Below, one piece after another: positions 17,615-20,442 of a stretch of 20,442 nucleotides of DNA. Source of the DNA: Elusimicrobiales bacterium (lineage in GTDB: Bacteria > Elusimicrobiota > Elusimicrobia > Elusimicrobiales > UBA9959); the NCBI GenBank assembly GCA_049972095.1, contig JBMFKQ010000012.1:19358-39799 (forward strand), read 5' to 3'. The first letter of the stretch is position 1, and each line of letters begins with the position of its first letter. The translations under genes and the position numbers were made by a program. The notes under the pieces were generated by a model. It was not told where the DNA came from, did not search any database, and saw nothing but the letters and a program-made list of their open reading frames with translations.

Positions 17615-18015
17615 TTATTTTAGAAAGCTAAGTTTTATATTGACTGCAGATTTATACTTTTCTTCTTTATACTGCTCAACAAGCTTTGTCGCAGCCTCAC
17701 AAAGAATCTTTGGTTCAACGGGCTTTGTAAGGAAAAGATTTGCATAAGTCTCAACTGAGCTTTTTATTTTAAGTTCAGTTTCACTTTGCCCTGTTATTAT
17801 TATTGGTATTTTTTTAGTTTTTATGTTTTCTCTTATCCTCTTTGCAAGTTCTATGCCATTCATATCAGGAAGGTTTATGTCTATTACTACAACATCAGGT
17901 CTAAACTCATCAATCTATTTTCTACATAGGTAGCTAAAAAGTTAGATTTCTCAAAATAGGCTTTGAGAATATTTGCAAGCGCCACATCATTCTCAACTAT
18001 TAAGACCCTATTCAT
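17615..18015 (-). pseudogene. Single-domain CheY-like response regulator disrupted by a frameshift/deletion at ~17915 (or assembly error)
   Basis: SD GGAGG (18025-18021) and ATG18015 give MNRVLIVENDVALANILKAYFEKSNFLATYVEN..., stopping at TAG 17889-17887. Another frame from 17914 gives IDEFRPDVVVIDINLPDMNGIELAKRIR...IPIIITG...FLTKP to the stop at 17615. Phospho-Asp, Thr and Lys motifs are intact. The track's 82-aa ORF is only the C-terminal fragment. Confidence 0.85.
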
Positions 18016-18035
18016 TCTGACCTCCTGCTTCAAAT

Positions 18036-18058
18036 TATGCTAAAATTATTTTAGCATA
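18036..18058. promoter_or_regulatory. Perfect 11-1-11 inverted repeat TATGCTAAAAT-T-ATTTTAGCATA: symmetric divergent extended -10 promoters and/or dimeric regulator operator
   Basis: Arms 18036-18046 and 18048-18058 are exact reverse complements. Each carries TGnTAAAAT. Lies between divergently oriented genes. Confidence 0.6.
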
Positions 18059-18160
18059 TTTTTATATCAATTCAATAGGAATCTATGCAATAATCTTTTA
18101 ACAGGCATTTAATAAAGATTTTACATTAGTTCTTGTAGAATATCTTTAACGGAGAGATTT

Positions 18161-20442
18161 ATGGAAAATGAGATTGAAAGGATAATAGCTGATATATCAA
18201 CTATAGATACAGCAAGGATGAGTTTGAGGTGGGCTTTGGAAAAGATATCATCTCTTGAAAAGGAAAGGGATGAGCTTAAGAAAAATCTTGAGATAGTTGA
18301 TAGTGAGAGAAAAAATCTTTCTGAGAGGTTAAAAACGCTTGAGGCAACACTTGCCTCCAGGTTAAAAACAGTTGAGGAAAAGGAGGATTTTTACAAGAAG
18401 CTTGAGGCTACAATATCACTTCTTGGTGAGGGAAAGCTTAATATAGACGATCTTATTAAAAAGGAAGCAAGGATTGAAATTTTAAGAAGGGAGCTTGAAG
18501 AGGAGTATCAAAGAAGATTTGAAGAGCTTGATATAAAACAGAGAAATCTTGTTGATATGTGGAACAAAAGGCTTCTTGATGTTGAGTCTCAATATGCTCA
18601 AAAGGTGAGAGAGCTTCAAAATAAATATGATGAGCTCAAGAAGAAAAGTGAAGAAGAACTTCTTAAAAAGACCGCTGAGCTTGAAGATCTATATAGAAAA
18701 AGAGAAGATGAGTTAAGACAAAGGGTTTTAAATCTTGAGGCTGAGGTTAGAGAAAAAGAAGAGCTTCTTGAAGCTGAGAAGGAAAAGCTTGAGAAAGATT
18801 ATATTGTTAAAAAGCAGGAGCTTGAAGAAAGGTTTGATAGAAAAACCGAGCTTATTAAACAGATTTTTGAGAAAAAAATTAACTCTGTTGAGGAGGAAAA
18901 GAAAAAGGAGATTAATAATTTAATTGAGGCTTTTGAAAAGCAGAAAAAAGAGCTTTGTGAAAAGGTGGATTATCTCAGTAAAAAATATGGAGAGGCTGAG
19001 TTAGAAATAAAAAGACTTGAGAAGATTGAAGGGGAAAAAAATAAACTTATTGAAATAAATAGCAATCTGCTTGCAAAGATATCGGAGGCAGAGAAGAGAA
19101 TATCCGATGAAAAAAGCAGGCTTGCAGAAGAGTATTCAAAGAAGTTTGCTGAGCTTGAGAAAAGGTATGCTGATATTGAAAACAAATTAAGATATGAATA
19201 TGAGACAAAGTTAAAAGAAAAAGAGGATTCATATCTTACTATTATAAATGAAAAGGATGTAAAGCTAAAGGAGGTTGAGGCATCATATTTTCAGCTTCAA
19301 AAGAGTTTTGATACAAGGCTTGTTGAGCTTGTATCTCAGAAGGAGAGGGATCTTATAGAGGAGATCAAAAAGCTAAATGAGGTGAAGAAAAATTATCAAC
19401 AGGAGATTGAGGCTCTTAAAAAAGAGATTGATGAGAAGGATAAGAATTTTGCCATAAAGATTGAAGAGATAAAGAATGTTTTTAGACTGGAGGAGGAGGA
19501 GAGGATTTCCATAATAGAGGAGGAATATAAGAGAAGAGTAGATGCTCTTATTGATCAACATAACAAAGAGAAAAAGATCTTGGAGGAGAGGTTAGAATCT
19601 TATTCTAAGGTTGTGGAGGATCTTAATCTTAAGCTTCTTGAGAAAGAAAAAGACTTTGAGAAGAGGATAGATGAGCTTTTGAAGGAGCTATCAGCGAAGA
19701 GGGATGAGTTTGATTTAAGGATGAGGGAGATGATTTCTGCCAAGGAGCAGGAGTTTTTGAAGCAGGTTGAGGCATTTGAGAATGAGAAGAAGGTTTATCT
19801 TGATAAGATTGAGCAGCTTAAGGGTGAGCTTGAGCGTGAGAGGAAGGATTTTGAGATGATTTTGAAGGTGAGGGAGGATGAGATAAGGAAGGGATATGAG
19901 AAGGAGATAGGTGAGTATCGTGCTAAGGTAGATAGTCTTTTATCTGAGATGAAGAGGAGGGAAGAGGAGTATAGGCAGGCTATCATCAACATAACTGAGG
20001 AGAGGGACAGGGAGGTAAAGGATAGGATAGCTCATTTTGATGAGGAGATAAAGAGATATTTATCTGAGATAGAAAGCCTTAGGTCGAAAGAGAGTGAGAT
20101 GAGGAAGGTTTTTGAGGCTGAGAAGAAACAGATGATTGAAGACTATACAAAAAAGATAAAGGAGATAGAGGAGAGATATCTTTCCATTATTGAGGGGAAG
20201 GATAGGGAGAGGGAGGAGGCTATAAAGGAGCTTACCAGCAAGGCTGAGGAGAGGGAGAGGGAGCTTGAGGTTTATTATGAAGGTGAGAAGGCTGAGTTAA
20301 TTGCTAAGTTTGAGCAGGAGAGGAATAACATAAAGGAGATTTTTTTGAAGGAGATAGCCATAAAGGAGAAGAGGATAGATGAGCTTTTGAAGGAGCTATC
20401 AGCGAAGAGGGATGAGTTTGATTTAAGGATGAGGGAGATGAT
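18161..20442 (+). CDS. Very long Glu/Lys-rich coiled-coil protein, 3'-truncated (>760 aa)
   Basis: GGAGA SD at 18151-18155, ATG18161. Manual translation (MENEIERIIADISTIDTARMSLRWALEKISSLEKERDEL...) stays open with no stop to the window end. No proline seen, heptad-like pattern, no signal peptide or Walker A motif. Absent from the track because it has no stop codon in the window. Confidence 0.9.
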   Translation, partial: MENEIERIIADISTIDTARMSLRWALEKISSLEKERDELKKNLEIVDSERKNLSERLKTLEATLASRLKTVEEKEDFYKKLEATISLLGEGKLNIDDLIKKEARIEILRRELEEEYQRRFEELDIKQRNLVDMWNKRLLDVESQYAQKVRELQNKYDELKKKSEEELLKKTAELEDLYRKREDELRQRVLNLEAEVREKEELLEAEKEKLEKDYIVKKQELEERFDRKTELIKQIFEKKINSVEEEKKKEINNLIEAFEKQKKELCEKVDYLSKKYGEAELEIKRLEKIEGEKNKLIEINSNLLAKISEAEKRISDEKSRLAEEYSKKFAELEKRYADIENKLRYEYETKLKEKEDSYLTIINEKDVKLKEVEASYFQLQKSFDTRLVELVSQKERDLIEEIKKLNEVKKNYQQEIEALKKEIDEKDKNFAIKIEEIKNVFRLEEEERISIIEEEYKRRVDALIDQHNKEKKILEERLESYSKVVEDLNLKLLEKEKDFEKRIDELLKELSAKRDEFDLRMREMISAKEQEFLKQVEAFENEKKVYLDKIEQLKGELERERKDFEMILKVREDEIRKGYEKEIGEYRAKVDSLLSEMKRREEEYRQAIINITEERDREVKDRIAHFDEEIKRYLSEIESLRSKESEMRKVFEAEKKQMIEDYTKKIKEIEERYLSIIEGKDREREEAIKELTSKAEERERELEVYYEGEKAELIAKFEQERNNIKEIFLKEIAIKEKRIDELLKELSAKRDEFDLRMREM
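19658..19734 (+). repeat. Exact 77-bp direct repeat, copy 1 (EKRIDELLKELSAKRDEFDLRMREM)
   Basis: gagaagaggatagatgagc...gagggagatgat is identical to 20366-20442. Confidence 0.95.
20366..20442 (+). repeat. Exact 77-bp direct repeat, copy 2, cut by the window end (in frame, period 708 bp = 236 aa)
   Basis: Identical to 19658-19734 up to the last base of the window. Confidence 0.95.

Noticed and set aside
18735..19992. Track ORFs 18735-18923 (+) and several minus-strand ORFs
   Set aside because: Alternative-frame or antisense artefacts of the long purine-rich coiled-coil ORF starting at 18161.
19658..20442. 77-bp repeat as a CRISPR repeat, DGR TR/VR pair or att site
   Set aside because: The copies are identical, in frame within one CDS and 708 bp apart. 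There are no adenine-specific mismatches and no cas, reverse transcriptase or integrase gene.

Overview
AT-rich bacterial window, probably a whole assembled contig. Standard code 11 fits (TGA, TAA and TAG all end intact genes). The gene content suggests a diderm such as Elusimicrobiota (inference). Left 13.4 kb: a three-gene secreted-protein cassette. It encodes a ~3,050-aa modular surface protein (four tandem beta-domains, Ig/Fn3 repeats, a Trp-rich propeller, two lamin-tail domains, C-terminal PQQ-like propeller), a 1,041-aa PQQ-propeller/Fn3 protein ending in a T9SS/FlgD-like C-terminal sorting domain, and a PorV/PorQ (UPF0164, FadL-like) outer-membrane barrel. Middle: the conserved housekeeping run glmU-prs-rplY-pth. 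Right: a stand-alone CycH/CcmI C-terminal-like membrane protein, a frameshifted CheY-like response regulator, a palindromic divergent promoter, and a proline-free coiled-coil ORF of >760 aa that is missing from the ORF track and runs off the edge inside an exact 77-bp repeat (708-bp period). Four genes lack a Shine-Dalgarno and have a TAnnnT hexamer exactly 6 nt before ATG, suggesting leaderless mRNAs.
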